A stretch of DNA of 64,000 nucleotides from Octopus sinensis. Its lineage: Eukaryota. The stretch lies in assembly GCF_006345805.1 (NCBI RefSeq), contig NC_043014.1:42656001-42720000 (forward strand). Reading direction: 5' to 3'. This document shows, one piece after another, positions 24,074-38,519 of this stretch. Each line of letters starts with the position of its first letter. The first letter of the stretch is position 1. Both the position numbers and the translations under genes were made by a program. The notes under the pieces are model-generated. The model was not told where the DNA came from, did not search any database, and saw only the letters and a program-made list of their open reading frames with translations.

Positions 24074-24741
24074 AAGTCATTGAGGCTACTGTTCCTCCTC
24101 TGATTAAACCATACATCATTATCATTTAACATCCATTCTCCATGCTGGCATGAGTTGGACGGTTTCACTGAAAACTGAAAACTGGCGGGGGCTGCACTAG
24201 GTCCCAATCTGATTTGGAACGGTTTCTATAGTTGGATGCCTTTCCTAACGCCAACCGCTCCAAGAGTGTAGTAGGTGCTTTTTATGTGTCACTGGCACAG
24301 GTGCCAGTTACGAAACACCAGCATCAGCCATGGCTACGATCTCACTTGGTTTGACAGGGTTTCTCAAGTGGGGTATATTGCCAAAGGTCTTGGTCACTTG
24401 TCACTGCCTCTGTGAGGCCCAAAATTTGAAGGCTGCTTTTTACATGCCACTGGCATGGGTGCCAGTTACGCGACTCTGGCATCAGCCACAACTACTATTT
24501 CACTTGGCTTGATGGGTCCTCTCAAGCACAGCATATCACCCAGTGTTTGAAGGGGGCTTTTTATGTGCCACCAGCACAACACTAGTATCATCCACAACTG
24601 CGATGAGTCAGATGGAAGGCAGACTTACAACAGCCAGTGGCCCTTACCTGTTTCTTTAGCAAAGTAATATTTTCCCACAGCCAGATGTGTTCTCCACACT
24701 CGCTGCAAATGAACAACGTAGCTTGTATGACAGTGACACTT

Positions 24742-25090
24742 ACTCTTTTGCTTGTTTCAGTCATTTGACTGTGGCCATACAGGAGCACTGCCTTTAGTCG
24801 AGCACATTGACCCCAGGACTTATTCTTTGTAAGCCTAGTACTTATTCTATCAGGCCCTTTTGCCGAACCGCTAAGTTACAGGGGCATAAACACACCAGCA
24901 TCGGTTGTCAAACGATGCTGGAGGGACAAACACAGACACATAAATATATACACACACATACATACATATATATATATACAACAGGCTTCTTTCAGTTTCC
25001 GTCTACCAAATCCACTCACAAGGCTTTGGTCGGCCCGAGGCTACAGCAGAAGACACTTGCCCAAGGTGCCACGCAGCCACTCTTGCGCCT
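24742..25090 (-). mobile_element. Family A SINE
   Basis: Reverse complement of the family A sequence with a deletion in the head. Confidence 0.88.
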
Positions 25091-25696
25091 ATACTTATTT
25101 ACAACTCTCACATAATGGTTTCAAATTTTGACACAAGGCCAGCAATTTTGAGGGGAGGGTGTAAGTCACATCGATCCCACTACTCAACTGGTACTTATTT
25201 TATCGACTCCAAAAGGACGAAAGATAAAGTTGATCTCGGCAGAATTTGAACTCAAGGTAAAGATGGGCAAAATGCTGCTTAGCCTTTTGCCCAGTGTGCT
25301 AACGATTCTACCTGCTCGCTGCCTTACAACTATTGCATAATAATCAAGGGAGGGACACACGGACACACACATATATGCGTGCACGTACGTGTGTATGTGT
25401 ACACAACAGGCTTCTTTCAGTTTCCCGACTGCCACACCTACTCACAAGACTTTGGTCAGCTCAGGATATTACAGTAGAAGGCACTTGGCCAAAGTGTCAT
25501 ACAATGAGGCTGGACCAGTGACCACATGGTTTGGAAAGCAAGCTTCTTAACCACAGTCATGTCTGCACCTGTAGCCACACCTGTGCCTATCCCTGCCAAA
25601 ATCAATTACTCCGGCACCATATCAGTCTCAGTTTTCTAAGTCAAACAGACTCTGAAGAGTCTTTTGCTTTCTGCTTATTTATTTATTTATTGCCAT

Positions 25697-25957
25697 CCTC
25701 GCCTGGCCCCCGTGCCGGTGGCACGTAAAAGCACCATCCGTTCGTGGCCGTTTGCCAGCTCCGTCTGGCACCTGTGCGGGTGGCACGTAAAAAGCACCCA
25801 CTACACTCACGGAGTGGTTGGCGTTAGGAAGGGCATCCAGCCGTAGAGGCACTGCCAGATCTGACTGGGCCTGATGCAGCCTTCCGGCTTCACAGACCCC
25901 AGTTGAACCGTCCAACCCATGCTAGCATGGAAAACGGACGCTAAATGATGATGATGA
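25697..25957 (+). mobile_element. Family C element
   Basis: CCCGTGCCGGTGGCACGTAAAAGCACC modules and (GAT)n tail. Confidence 0.88.
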
Positions 25958-26269
25958 TATATTTATTTATTGTGCCAAGACCATTGACTTACTTCAGTTT
26001 TTCTGTTGCTGTGGTATTTATAACAAGGGTTCGTTACAAACAGACAATGTGGCGTCATGCTAGTTTCTCCACCAAACAACTGAAAGGACTCTATATTTTG
26101 GATCTTACTGCTGACTTTATCTTACGTGTGTGTGTATACACGTGTGTGTGTATGCGTAGCCATTGACTTCTCTTGCGCGGTGAGATGATCGGTATTTTCC
26201 ACATCGCTGCTCACACGGGCCTGCAACAAAGCTTAGTGAATCTCTTATCTTTTGGATTGTATTCCAGGT

Positions 26270-26273
<4 letters not shown>

Positions 26274-26305
<32 letters not shown>

Positions 26306-26738
26306 CATATATATTTATATACACATATATTTATATACATATATATTTATATACATATATATATATATATATATTATATATATACACACATATATATATA
26401 CACATATTATATACACATATATAGATATACACATATATATATATACACATATACATATATATACACACACACACATATATAATATATATATACACATATA
26501 TAATTATATGCACACATATATATATATATATACACATATATATATATAGATATATATATATACACATATATAATATATATATATACACAACACATATATA
26601 CACATATATATATATATATATACACACACATATATATATACACAACATATATATATATATATATTATATATATACACACACATATATATATACACATATA
26701 TATATATATAACACACACACACATATATATATATACAC

Positions 26739-26769
<31 letters not shown>

Positions 26770-26826
26770 TAATATATACACATATATATATATATATATA
26801 TATACATACACACACACAATATATAT

Positions 26827-26864
<38 letters not shown>

Positions 26865-26960
26865 CACACAACACACACATATATATATATATATATATAA
26901 TATATATATATTATAATATATACACAACACATACATACACACACATGTACATACATATGC
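26274..26960. repeat. Compound (TA)n/(CA)n microsatellite
   Basis: Directly visible. Confidence 0.95.
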
Positions 26961-27380
26961 ATAATGTTTCATACAGCCAAAGGAAAAAGATAAATAGATG
27001 AAAGAGGGGGAAAGGGACGAAAAGAAAGGAAAATGTCTGCTGTAGAAGATCAATCCACGAATGCAGATGGTCTTGGATCATGCAATCAATGTTTACTTTC
27101 GGTCATGAAGGATTTCTCAGTCAGTCAACAACGAAACAGTGGTTAATAAATAACCAAAGAATGATTTATTGCTGTTGTTGTTGTTGTTGTTGTTGATGAA
27201 AAGCTTTAAGGTTTATAAGGAAGAGGAAGTGGAAAATTGTGACTATCATATTTTACTAGGAGAAATGGTTTCTTTTTTTTTTTTCCTTTTTTTTGTTGTT
27301 GTTGTTGTTATTAAGGTTGTAGAATGTGATTGGAGGGATTTAGAGTTGCTATTTCTAACAGGCCGGGTGATTGCATAAAG

Positions 27381-27647
27381 CTGTGGTTCTCAACCAGGGT
27401 TCTTATGAACCTTAAGGGCTCCATATAAGATTTTGTTGTTGAAATTTATGGGCAATAAACTTGTTATATTTCTACAATGCACAAAATATTTACACATTTT
27501 TTTTTATACAATTTCCAATAATATTTAATCATAAAAATGTGATTATTGGATTTTTGAAACATCCAGTGGCTATGCAGATTCCCCACCCACTGATTATAAA
27601 GTAGGATTCAAAGAGGTCCAATGGCAAAAAATGGTTTGGGACCCCTA
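27381..27647. mobile_element. hAT-Charlie-type MITE
   Basis: Perfect 8-bp TSD GCATAAAG (27373-27380, 27648-27655); degenerate termini CTGTGGTTCTCAACC and GGTTTGGGACCCCTA. Confidence 0.75.
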
Positions 27648-27771
27648 GCATAAAGGATCCCTTTGTTGGCTCACACATAATTTACTTTTATTATTTATTT
27701 TGTTTATTTATGCCAACATACCCAATAATAAAAACAGTCAATAAATGAATAATAAAATATCCAATAAAAAG

Positions 27772-28150
27772 GTGTGTGGTAAGTAGCTTGCTTACCAACC
27801 ACATGGTTCCGGGTTCAGTCCCACAGCATGGCACATTAGGCAAGTGTCTTCAACTATAGCCTTGGGCCAACCAAAGCCTTGTGAGTGGATTTGGTAGACG
27901 GAAACTGAAAGAAGCCCATCGTATATATGTGTGTGTTTGTGTATGTTTGTGTGTCTGTGTTTGTCCCCCCAGCATCGCTTGACAACCGATGCTGGTGTAT
28001 TTACATCCCTGTAACTTAGTGGTTCGGCAAAAGAGACCAATAGAATAACTACTAGGCTTACAAAGAATAAGTCCTGGGGTCGATTTGCTCGACTAAAGGC
28101 GGTGCCCCAGCATGGCCACAGTCAAATGACCGAAACAAGTAAAAGAATAA
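27772..28150 (+). mobile_element. Family A SINE
   Basis: Near full-length match to 14108-14512. Confidence 0.9.
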
Positions 28151-29072
28151 ATGCTTAAAATAATGGATTGATCGCAATATATTTCTCGTAATTATTTTGT
28201 CAGTGCTGGTTAGGTAGCTGAAAAAAAAGCAAAGCTAACATGAGTAGGGCTTGAACTCAGAAAGGAGGGAACCGAATTTCAATTTCCAATGCATTTAACC
28301 AGAGTTAGTACCTTGGCCGTTTTGGTCCCTTTCCACTACACTGAAAAGGAGACAATGATACAAAACAAGGTTATTTCGACAACCTAATGTTTATTATTAT
28401 TGTTGTTGTTGTGGTGGTCGTGGTGGTCGTGGTGGTCGTGGTGCTGCTGATGATGATGATGACGATTATGATGAACATCAATAAGGATTCTGACAGCAGG
28501 CTACTGAATTACATACCTAATTGATTTTTATTATAATTAGTATCTTTTCTTCAACAAGATGGTTTGTTTCTGTGTCCGTGTGTGAGTATAAGACAGAAAG
28601 AAAGAGAAAGTGAAAGAGGATTTATAACAGATTCAAATAGGTTTCTTTTTGTTTTTGTTTCGTTTTTCTCTTTTTTTTAGTCGATTTCCTGGATTTTAAA
28701 ATTTTTTCTAATGTTCTGGTTGACTTGGTATTTTTCCTTTTTTTTTTTTTGTTTTTTTTTGTTTCAATTTGCTTGATTGGTCAAAGTATTGATTAGAATT
28801 ATTGACTTTCTGTCTTCAGTGCACCACGACTAATATAACTCTGTATCAGGATGATCGATTATAATCATCCTCATATTAATTTCGGATGGCACAGGCATGG
28901 CAATGCACATGCATAGCTGTGTGGTAAGAAGCTTTGCTTCCCAACCACATGGTTCCTAGTTCAGTTCCACTGTGTGGCCAGAGAGCTGCATGTATGTATG
29001 TATTACATATGTGTGAATATATACCGAAAGAGATGCAGATATGGTCATGTATTATTCCTTCCTTAGTTTTAA

Positions 29073-29593
29073 CCCTTTCATTACTCTTTACTCTTTTTAC
29101 TCTTTTACTTGTTTCAGTCATTTGACTGCGGCCATGCTGGAGCACCGCCTTTAGTCGAGCAAATAGACCCCGGGACTTATTCTTTGTAAGCCCAGTACTT
29201 ATTCTATCGGTCTCTTTTGCCGAACCGCTAAGTGACGGGGACGTAAACACACCAGCATCGGTTGTCAAGCAATGCTAGGGGGACACACACACACAAACAC
29301 ACACACACATACATATATATATATACATATATACGACAGGCTTCTTTCAGTTTCCGTCTACCAAATCCACTCACAAGGCATTACAGTATTTATTTTGAGA
29401 TGCTCTGTGTTTCTTTCAATTATTTTAAATATAACAAAGAATTTAGTAAATTACCTTTGTTATCATTAAGCTAGTGTTAGAAACATAAATTTTATCTAAG
29501 ATTTGGTAGAAGATTTGAATTCAAAACTTATGGAAACAAGACATTTGTACTAAAGAGCCAGAGCCAGTTTCAGCCGGGTTGGTAACAAAAGGG
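29073..29593. mobile_element. piggyBac-type MITE (second family) with nested minus-strand family A SINE (about 29085-29380)
   Basis: TTAA|CCCTTT ... AACAAAAGGG|TTAA; body matches 16881-17100. Confidence 0.85.
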
Positions 29594-30492
29594 TTAAACC
29601 CTGCAATAATGCAATCACTTTTTTGTCTTGTTAAGAATTCAATGACAGTATCCATTGATTAGGATTGATAATTGTCTTGAGTGCTGTCAGCTTAAATCTG
29701 ACTAGCTTGATCATTGTTATTGAGTGAGAGAGCAGTGCATGCCATCAAAGTGACACTGGGGTAAAATATACGAAGCCCAGTATACCATTGTAAGTACCCG
29801 TCTGATAAGAGTATCAAAAGGCACATTGCATCTCAACCATATGTGCACAACATGGTGATTTCATGTGAAGATAAACTGCGCATGGCCTTGCAGGTGGGGC
29901 CCAGTTAGAATTTTCTTCAAGTTAAACAGCTCATCCAACTCAAAAGGTCCCTGAATAAGGTTTGTTTAAGGATGATGAATGAAACACCCTTGTTTCCAGA
30001 GGTGAATTATTCAAACCCCAAAGAATTCCTCTTAGCACATGGCTATGATGCTCCCCCACTACTGCTTGTGATCAGAGATGCACTCATCGTCAGCCACCAA
30101 GGGACATACCCAACTGGTTTCATGACTGCATGACAGGTTCTTCAAGCCAAGCTAATTAGCAGGGGATCTGATCTAGAGGTACAGTTGGTTGCACTTGGGA
30201 ATTTAGCATAACAGTGAAATGATGGTTGCTTCTGGTTGGACCCTATGGCAGAAGTGTCTGAGGACACTACCTGCCTCACCTCGCCCCATGACCCTCCCAG
30301 AAATAGTGGGCAGTGAAAGATGGATAGATGACAGCATTATCTATTGTGTTATTTGAGGGAGATTTAGCTACTATTTCCAGCAAGCCAAGCCAAACCAAGG
30401 TTGCTTTTGATGCTGTTTGAGCCCAGATGAGCCTTGATCAAAGGCATTCCACTTTGATACGGTTTCTCATTAATATTTTGCATGATGTGGTT

Positions 30493-30654
30493 ACTCTTTT
30501 ACTTGTTTCAGTCATTTGACTGCGGCCATGCTGGAGCACCGCCTTTAAGTCGAGCAAATCGACCCCGGGACTTATTCTTTGTAAGCCCAGTACTTATTCT
30601 ATCGGCCTCTTTTGCCAAACCAGCATCGGTTGTCAAGCAATACTAGGGGGACAA

Positions 30655-30728
<74 letters not shown>

Positions 30729-30891
30729 CGACAGGCTTCTGTCAGTTTCTGTCTACCAAATCCACTCACAAGGCATTGGTTGGCCCGGGGCTATAGCAGA
30801 AGACACTTGCCCAAGATGCCACGCAGTGGCACTGAACCCGGAACCATGTGGTTGGTAAGCAAGCTACTTACCACACAGCCACTCCTGCGCC
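30493..30891 (-). mobile_element. Family A SINE between two copies of a ~150-bp segment
   Basis: Complete head (ACTCCTGCGCC on plus) and tail. Confidence 0.9.
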
Positions 30892-30971
30892 TATTGTGTT
30901 ATTTGAGGGAGATTTGGCTGCTATTTCCAGCAAGCCAAGCCAAAACCAAGGTTGCTTTTGATGCTGTTTAA

Positions 30972-31192
30972 CCCTTTAGTATTTAAACCGGCCATATCCG
31001 GCCAAAATATTTAATCTGTTTTATGTTCAAACTGACCAGATCCTGGCTCTCACACCTACCCTACAATGTTATTCTACATTAGGTAATTACACCATCAAGA
31101 TCTTGAAGATATGAGATAATGCATGATTAATTCAAATCAATGGGAATCAATAAGCATTATATGTTTGATAGAATAATCTGAACACTAAAGGG
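30972..31192. mobile_element. piggyBac-type MITE
   Basis: TTAA|CCCTTTAGT ... ACTAAAGGG|TTAA; the paralogous empty site reads TTGA at 30417-30420. Confidence 0.9.
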
Positions 31193-31855
31193 TTAAGCCC
31201 AGATGAACCTTGATTCCACTTTGATACGGCTTCTCGTTAATATTTTGCATGATGTGGTTGTACAGTAATTACTGAAATTTTTCGAGATATTGTTGTTCTG
31301 ATAATATTGTACATATCTCTGTTTATATTTTATGGAGCTGTGAAGAATGTAATAATTTCATGTAATTAATTCTATCTTATAATAATATAAATAGTTAAAT
31401 CTCCCACATAAGACAGCAATTACCGTCTGTGCCTGCTTCTATAAATACCCTCATAAACTACTAAACTACTTTCTGAAACAGTCTGCCCGGTAAAGATGTC
31501 AGCAGAACATTTTAGTAAATTAAAATCTGATTTAAATTGTCTTTTTTTTTTCCTTTGGTTATATTCACACCTCAGTTGATATTTTGTCATCACTGATAAC
31601 AAGTGACGTAGGCTAAGATGGGTTGTGGGGGGAGGGAGAAGGGGAGAAATTATGATGGAAGTGCGAGAGAATTATAGGTTTAAAATGCTATGACGGGGGG
31701 GGGGGGAGCAGAGGGAGAGGTAAAGGAAGGGTAGCTTGGATGGGGGACTAATTAGATATGGGAACTTATATGAATTAAAGAATCCATTGATGAAACCAGT
31801 CCAGGAAGCTGTGTTTTTTTTTAACGTAAACTGTCAGAGGGTTGTAAGACAGTTG

Positions 31856-31856
<1 letters not shown>

Positions 31857-31886
<30 letters not shown>

Positions 31887-31889
31887 GTA

Positions 31890-31940
<51 letters not shown>

Positions 31941-32061
31941 GTAGTAATAGTAATAATAATAATAATAATAATAATATTAGTAATAATAATAATAATAATA
32001 ATAGTAGTAATAGTAATAATAATAATAATAGTAATAGTAATAGTAGTAATAATAATAATAG
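31857..32061. repeat. (TAA)n/(TAG) microsatellite
   Basis: Directly visible. Confidence 0.95.
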
Positions 32062-32200
32062 TTAGTTAGTTAGTTAGTTAATTTGGCTCAAAAGCAAATA
32101 GCAAGACCATGTAGGGGGACATGGAGTTAAGTACAGGGTGGTGTTCATGTAAAGAGTTCAGGCCACTTGAGGTCCAGGGAGGCTTTGAACAAAGCGGTCG
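32061..32200 (-). mobile_element. CR1-group LINE 3' fragment
   Basis: Homologous to 7385-7517, with (GTTA)n tail on plus. Confidence 0.85.
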
Positions 32201-32416
32201 AATAGTAATAATAATAATAATAATAATAATTTCAAATTTTGGCACAAGGCCAGCAGTTTTGGAGTAGGGAGTAAGTCGATTACATCGGCCCCCAATGGTC
32301 AACTGGTACTTATCTTTTCGACCCCGGAAGGATGAAAGGTAAAGTCAGCCTTGGCAGAATTTGAACTCAGAATGTAAAGACGGACAAAATGCCACTAAGC
32401 ATTCTGCCCAGGGTGC

Positions 32417-32450
<34 letters not shown>

Positions 32451-32860
32451 TCTTTTTACTAAAAGCACACGGCCTGAAATTTGTGGGGAAGGGCTCAGTA
32501 GTTGACTGGTACTTATTTCATTGTCCCTGAAAGAATGACTGGCAAAGCCAACCAAGGCAGAATTTGAACTCAGAAGAAATGGTGCTGCTAAGCATTTTGT
32601 CTGGTTTGCTAACAATTCTGCCACCTCACCACCATTTTAATAATAATAATAATAATCGTTTCAAATTTTGGCACAAGGCCAACAGTTTTGAGGGGTGGGG
32701 GATGGTTTAGTTGATGACATCAACCCCAGTACTCAGCTGGTATTTATTTTATCAACTCTAAAAGGATGGCAAAGAATCTGTTGACAAAACCAGTCCAGGA
32801 AGCTGTATTTTTTTTTTTAACCTAAGACAGGTGTGTAATAATAATAATAATTATAATAAT

Positions 32861-33075
32861 AAATTAACTGGAACCGCTCATGTACTAAGAGCATTATCAC
32901 AGTGAAAACAACATTCATCTATGAATTTATTTATTTATTAATTTTTAAATACATATTTTATCTGTGAATTGGAGTGTGTAATCTTGGAATGCATACAATG
33001 AGCTTCTCTGCCCTAGGTGTACGGAAAACACTCGGCGAGAAACAGAAGAAAATTTGAAGAAAGAAGGAAAAAGCA
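32861..33075 (+). mobile_element. Dong/R4-like non-LTR retrotransposon 3' fragment in (TAA)n
   Basis: LTGTAHVLRALSQ* (from 32864) resembles the LLGTAHILR-type C-terminus of R4/Dong elements; (TAA)n on both sides. Confidence 0.65.
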
Positions 33076-33397
33076 TAATAGTAATACTAATAATAATAAT
33101 AACAATAATTGCAAATTTCGGCACAAGGCCAGATGAATTTTGAACTCACAGCGTAAAGACAGACAAAATGCTGCCAAGCATTTTATTCAAATGATAACAG
33201 ACAAATGTAACACCACCAAAACAAAAGCAGCCCCACCCCCCAAGGTGTTTCTGAACGAAGAACACTAGACTATTATTAAATATAAAACTATATGAATAGA
33301 TAACATTTCTGAGCTGCAAAGACATTAGTATGTGCATGCACACACAAATAAAACTCAGAAACAAAACACACATACATACATACATACACACACACAG

Positions 33398-33990
33398 AGG
33401 AGTGGCTGTGTGGTAAGTAGCTTGTTTACCAACCACATGGTTCCGGGTTCAGTCCCACTGCGTGGCACCTTGGGCAAGTGTCTTCTGCTATAGCCTCGGG
33501 CCGACCAAAGCCTTGTGAGTGGATTTGGTAGACGGAAACTGAAAGAAGCCCGTCGTATATATGTAAATATATATATATATATATATAGGCGCAGGAGTGG
33601 CTGTGTGGTAAGTAGCTTGTTTACCAACCACATGGTTCCGGGTTCAGTCCCACTGCGTGGCATCTTGGGCAAGTGTCTTCTGCTATAGCCTCGGGCCGAC
33701 CAAAGCCTTGTGAGTGGATTTGGTAGACGGAAACTGAAAGAAGCCTGTCGTATATATGTAAATATATATATATATATATATATGCGTGTGTGTGTGTTTG
33801 TGTGTCTGTGTTTGTCCCCCTAGCATTGCTTGACAATCGATGCTGGTGTGTTTATGTCCCCCCGTCACTTAGCTTAGCGGTTCGGCAAAAGAGACCGATA
33901 GAATAAGTACTGGGCTTACAAAGAATAAGTCCCAGGGTCGAGTTGTTCGATTAAAGGCGGTGCTCCAGCATGGCTGCAGTCAAATGACTG
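33398..33990 (+). mobile_element. Family A SINE, 5' half followed by a full copy
   Basis: Two heads at about 33398 and 33588. Confidence 0.9.
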
Positions 33991-34435
33991 TAGTCTCTTT
34001 TTAGACATTCAATTATTCATCTATTTGTAAAAATCTTAGCATCCTGGTGAATCACACTATTCCATTCCGTTAGTAATTTGTTGTTGAGACGTTAAAGAAA
34101 GACTAAAAACCAGGCTAAGCTGAGTTACTGTACTATTTGTTCAGGTACTCTGTTCGTTTACTTGTTTCGGTCATTTGACTGCAGCCATGCTGGAGCACCA
34201 CCTTTAGTCGAACAAACCAACCCAGGACTTATTCTTTGTAAGCCTAGTACTTACTCTATCGGTTTCTTTTGCCAAACCGCTAAGTTATGGGAATGTAAAC
34301 ACACCAACATCAGTTGTCAAGCGATGGTGGGGGCACAAACACACTCACACACAAATATGTACATATATATATATATATATATATACATACCGTCCAACCC
34401 ATGCTAGCATGGAAAACGGACATTAAACGATGATG

Positions 34436-34469
<34 letters not shown>

Positions 34470-37251
34470 TATACGATGGGCTTCTTTCAGTTTCCGTCTA
34501 CCAAATCCACTCTGGTTGGCCTGAGGCTATATTAGAAGACACTGGCCCCAAGTGCCACGCAGTGGGACTGAACCCAGAACCGTGTGGTTGGGAAGCAAGC
34601 TACTTACTACACAGTCGCTTCTGCACCTCATTACTTCTTATCTTTTATTGGTCTCAGTCGTTGGGCTATGGTCATGCTGGAGCACGATGTTCAAGGATTT
34701 AGTCGAATAAATCAGTAGAAAGGACTTGCTCAAGGTGCTGCACAGTGGGACTGAACCCAAAACCACATGGTTGCAAAGCAAGCTTCTTAGCCACACAGCC
34801 ATTTAGTCTCAGTTTCCAACTCTTCGCCACATAACAATATACAAGACTCTACAGTATTTGTATTTAGCGTGCCTAATGCTACCCCCCCCCCAAGGTATTT
34901 CTCCGCCGTCTCAGTCATATTGTTGCACTGAGCTGCGGCGGTTAGCCGTGTGATGCAGTTATAATACTTGCAGCTTATTCATCATGATAAGATTACATCT
35001 GTTATTTTTGCAGTGAATTTGCTTCAGTTTCATAAAAAAAATACCACATTACGACTTCCATTATTTTATCAGTATTAACCCTACACAAATCTTGTGTTAC
35101 TGTATGTGTGTGAGAGAGAGAGACAGACAGACAGACAGAGAGAGAGTGGGTGAGGAACAAGGTTATGGCTCAATAGTAGAATACTAAATTATACTAGTTA
35201 AATTGACTGCATGGATGGCAGTTCACTCCCACGATAGTAAATTTATCCTTTCATCTTCTCTCGTATGGATAAAATAAACAAGCTATATAACATTCCATAC
35301 ATACATGTGCATGCATGTATTTATGTCTATCTATCTATCCATCTATCTATCTACACAAATACATACATACATACTTATATATATATATATATTAAACACA
35401 TTATACACTTGCAGGCGTGGTTCTGTGGTTGAAAAGTTTGCATTGCAATTCCAACCACATAGTTTCAAGATGTCAAACTCTGCAGTCTCTCTTTAATTTC
35501 TCTGTTGCCAGCTTTTCTCTGAAAAAAGAAAATAATGTTCTCTATCGAAAATATTGGATTTTCCACTCCTCATAACAATTCACTGTATTCTTTTTTTTTT
35601 TTCTTTTTTTTTTTTTGTCAATTTTACTATATATCTGTGTGTGTGTGTATATATATATACATGTGTGAAAACATTGGTTAATTAATAAAAACTTAGTCAG
35701 GAAATAATTGAAGCTTCAGAAATTTGGTGCTGTAGCAAAATGTTGAGAATTTCTTGAACTGAAAAGCAAGAAATTGGAGAGTGTAAATCAATTGTTCAAC
35801 TGCTGCTGAATTTATTTTGGACAGTGGTAAGAACAGCAGAAAGTCTGCAGAGACGAACACCCCCACTTTCCAGCTTAGCCAAGTGTTTCTGCCCTTAACT
35901 TCTTACGCTGTAAAGGAGCTGGGCCTCATCCAAGTCATAGCTCCTTGAAACTGCTTGGAGATTTCATCTAGTTGTAACTCCTCACCATTGACTCAACTTT
36001 CAAACTTATACTTACCTTTAACACATTGTAGGTGCATCATGTTGCCGTATTAGTTATCTCCCCTGTAGCTGCAGGGCAGTGGCAGGGGAAACAGTTCTGG
36101 AGAAAAATGTAGTGTGCTATAGGTTAAAGAAGAAATAATGTTGGTTGTCATAGTTGTGATAAAATGTAATAATGAGCTATAGTGGTAACAATATTATTAT
36201 TTTGAGCGAAATGAGGGAGAAGAAGGGATCAAGTAACTTAGCGGTTCGGCAAAAGAGACTGATAGAATAAGTACTAAGCTTGCAAAGAATAAGACCTGGA
36301 GCCGAGTTGCTCGATTAAAGGTGGTGCTCCAGCATGGCCGCAGTCAAATGACTGAAACAAGTAAAAGAGTAAAAGAGTATTGTCATAATCGTCATCATTA
36401 TCACTTTAATCATCCTGTTTGTATATATTAATAGATATTCCACCATGATATTGAGAAAACCATTTCATGTACAAACATTTTCCATTTAGTTCTCTTCAAC
36501 CAAATTCACACTTACCTCGTATCTTCTTCTCTGTAGCCATCTCTGTTTCCATGACAATCACACTTGAACCAATCCATGCCCTGCCTTTTATCACACTCTT
36601 AGATCCTGGTCTAGCTCTCTCTCTTTCTCTCTCTCTCTCTCCTTCTCTCCAATAAATCTATGTGCTGTGTTAATCTGACATACAAATGAACAATGATCTC
36701 TCTCTCTCTCTCTCTCTCTCACATACACACAAACACACACACACACACAAACACACACATGCACACACGCACACACACTGATCTATATTCAGCTTTCATC
36801 TCACTTAACCAGATTTTACTTTCAACTTGGTCATTATTTAATCCATCCAACACCAATAATCTATACTTTACGTTTCAATATATGTCGACATTTTATACAT
36901 ACATACACACACACACACACACAGACTGACTTGCATACATACACACACACATATACACGCAATTCATTGTGGCCTTGAGTAAACACACAATCATTTGACA
37001 GTGTTTCAGTTTCTCGTGGCTAAAATGAGAACCAACCAAGAGTTAGTGCAGCCCTTTTCTTTCCCGACAAATGTCAAATCCTAGATGTTCTACTGAACCT
37101 AGAGTGATTAAGGGGGGCTCAGAGTGTAACAGTGTCTGCTCATAATTACATAGGCACCTCAGACAATTAGCAAAAACATGATACATGCAGACAGGTTGTC
37201 CTCGCTTGTGAGTACAATAGCTGTAGTTAGTTTTTATCCCTATTTCTTTAA

Positions 37252-37825
37252 CCCTTTAGCATTCAAACCGGCCATACCCGGCCCAAATATTCTCCCTTGT
37301 TTTATTCCCAAATCAGCCAGATCCAACCTTTCATACCTGTCCCACAATGTGATTCTGAAAAATAAGCAATCACATTATTGAAATCTTGAAGCTATGAGAC
37401 GGTGCATGGTTGATTCAAAACAATGTGAATAAATAAGCATTAGGTGATCGTTGCCAGAGCGGCTATCTGACCTCCGTGCCGCCAGTGGCATGTAAAAAAC
37501 ACCATTCGAGCGTGATCATTACCAGCATAGACTTACTGGCACTTGTGCCGGTGGCATGTGTAAAAGATTCGAGCGAGGTCGTTGCCAGTGCCGCCTGACT
37601 GGCCCCGTGCTGGTGACATGTAAAAGCACCCACTACACTCTCGGAGTGGTTGGCGTTAGGAAGGGCATCTAGCTGTAGAAACTCTGCCAGATCAAGATTG
37701 AAGCTTCGTGCAGCCATCTGGTTCGCCAGCCCTCAGTCATATGTCCAACCCATGCTAGCATGGAAAGTGGACGTTAAACAATGATGATGATGATGATTTG
37801 ACAAAATAATCTGAATGCTAAAGGG
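37252..37825. mobile_element. piggyBac-type MITE with nested family C element (about 37445-37797)
   Basis: TTAA|CCCTTTAGCATTCA ... TGAATGCTAAAGGG|TTAA. Confidence 0.85.
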
Positions 37826-38519
37826 TTAAAAAAAAAAAATAAAGTTTGCACTTTTGGGACCTGTTAATTTCAAATCTATGCATTGCCATTGTGATGATCT
37901 ACCGAGCAAGGTACATAACTCTGTGTGAACCTATTTTACTGACTGATAACAAACTGGTTTTCACACCTACTTCACAGTTGAGTGATTGGTTGGCAGTAAG
38001 GAGGACAGTCAGGTATAAACCATGTGCTCTAGCGATAAAATATACCTTGCCCTCTCAAGCATTGAAAAACTGAGTAAAACAGTAAAAAAAAAGGACGAAA
38101 AAGTGTGATATTTTGTCTTAATTTTTTTTAGCTTAGTCAAGTTGTATAAAGAAATTATGTAGCTTGTAGCCTCACTCTTAGGCAACTGAGGTTGTGATCA
38201 TATGGTCCTGGGTTCAATTCCTGGCCCATGCACTTTATTTTATCTTGCTCCAATCCATTCTGTTTGTGAAAATAGGTATTAAGAGTGACAAAGTACCCAA
38301 GTCAGCATCGACTTAGTATGGTAGCATTTACAAACCGATGGCATGACCCCCAAACCCTTTGGACATGAAAGAGAGTTATGCCTGCCTGTGCACTACGGTG
38401 CACTAATGCATCCTCCATTCAACCCTTTACCTGGAGGATATGAGACATCTTAGCACAAGTGATTTGGTAGCCACTGATTCAATGTGTATTTGACATCAGA
38501 CATTTTAATGCCCCTTTTG

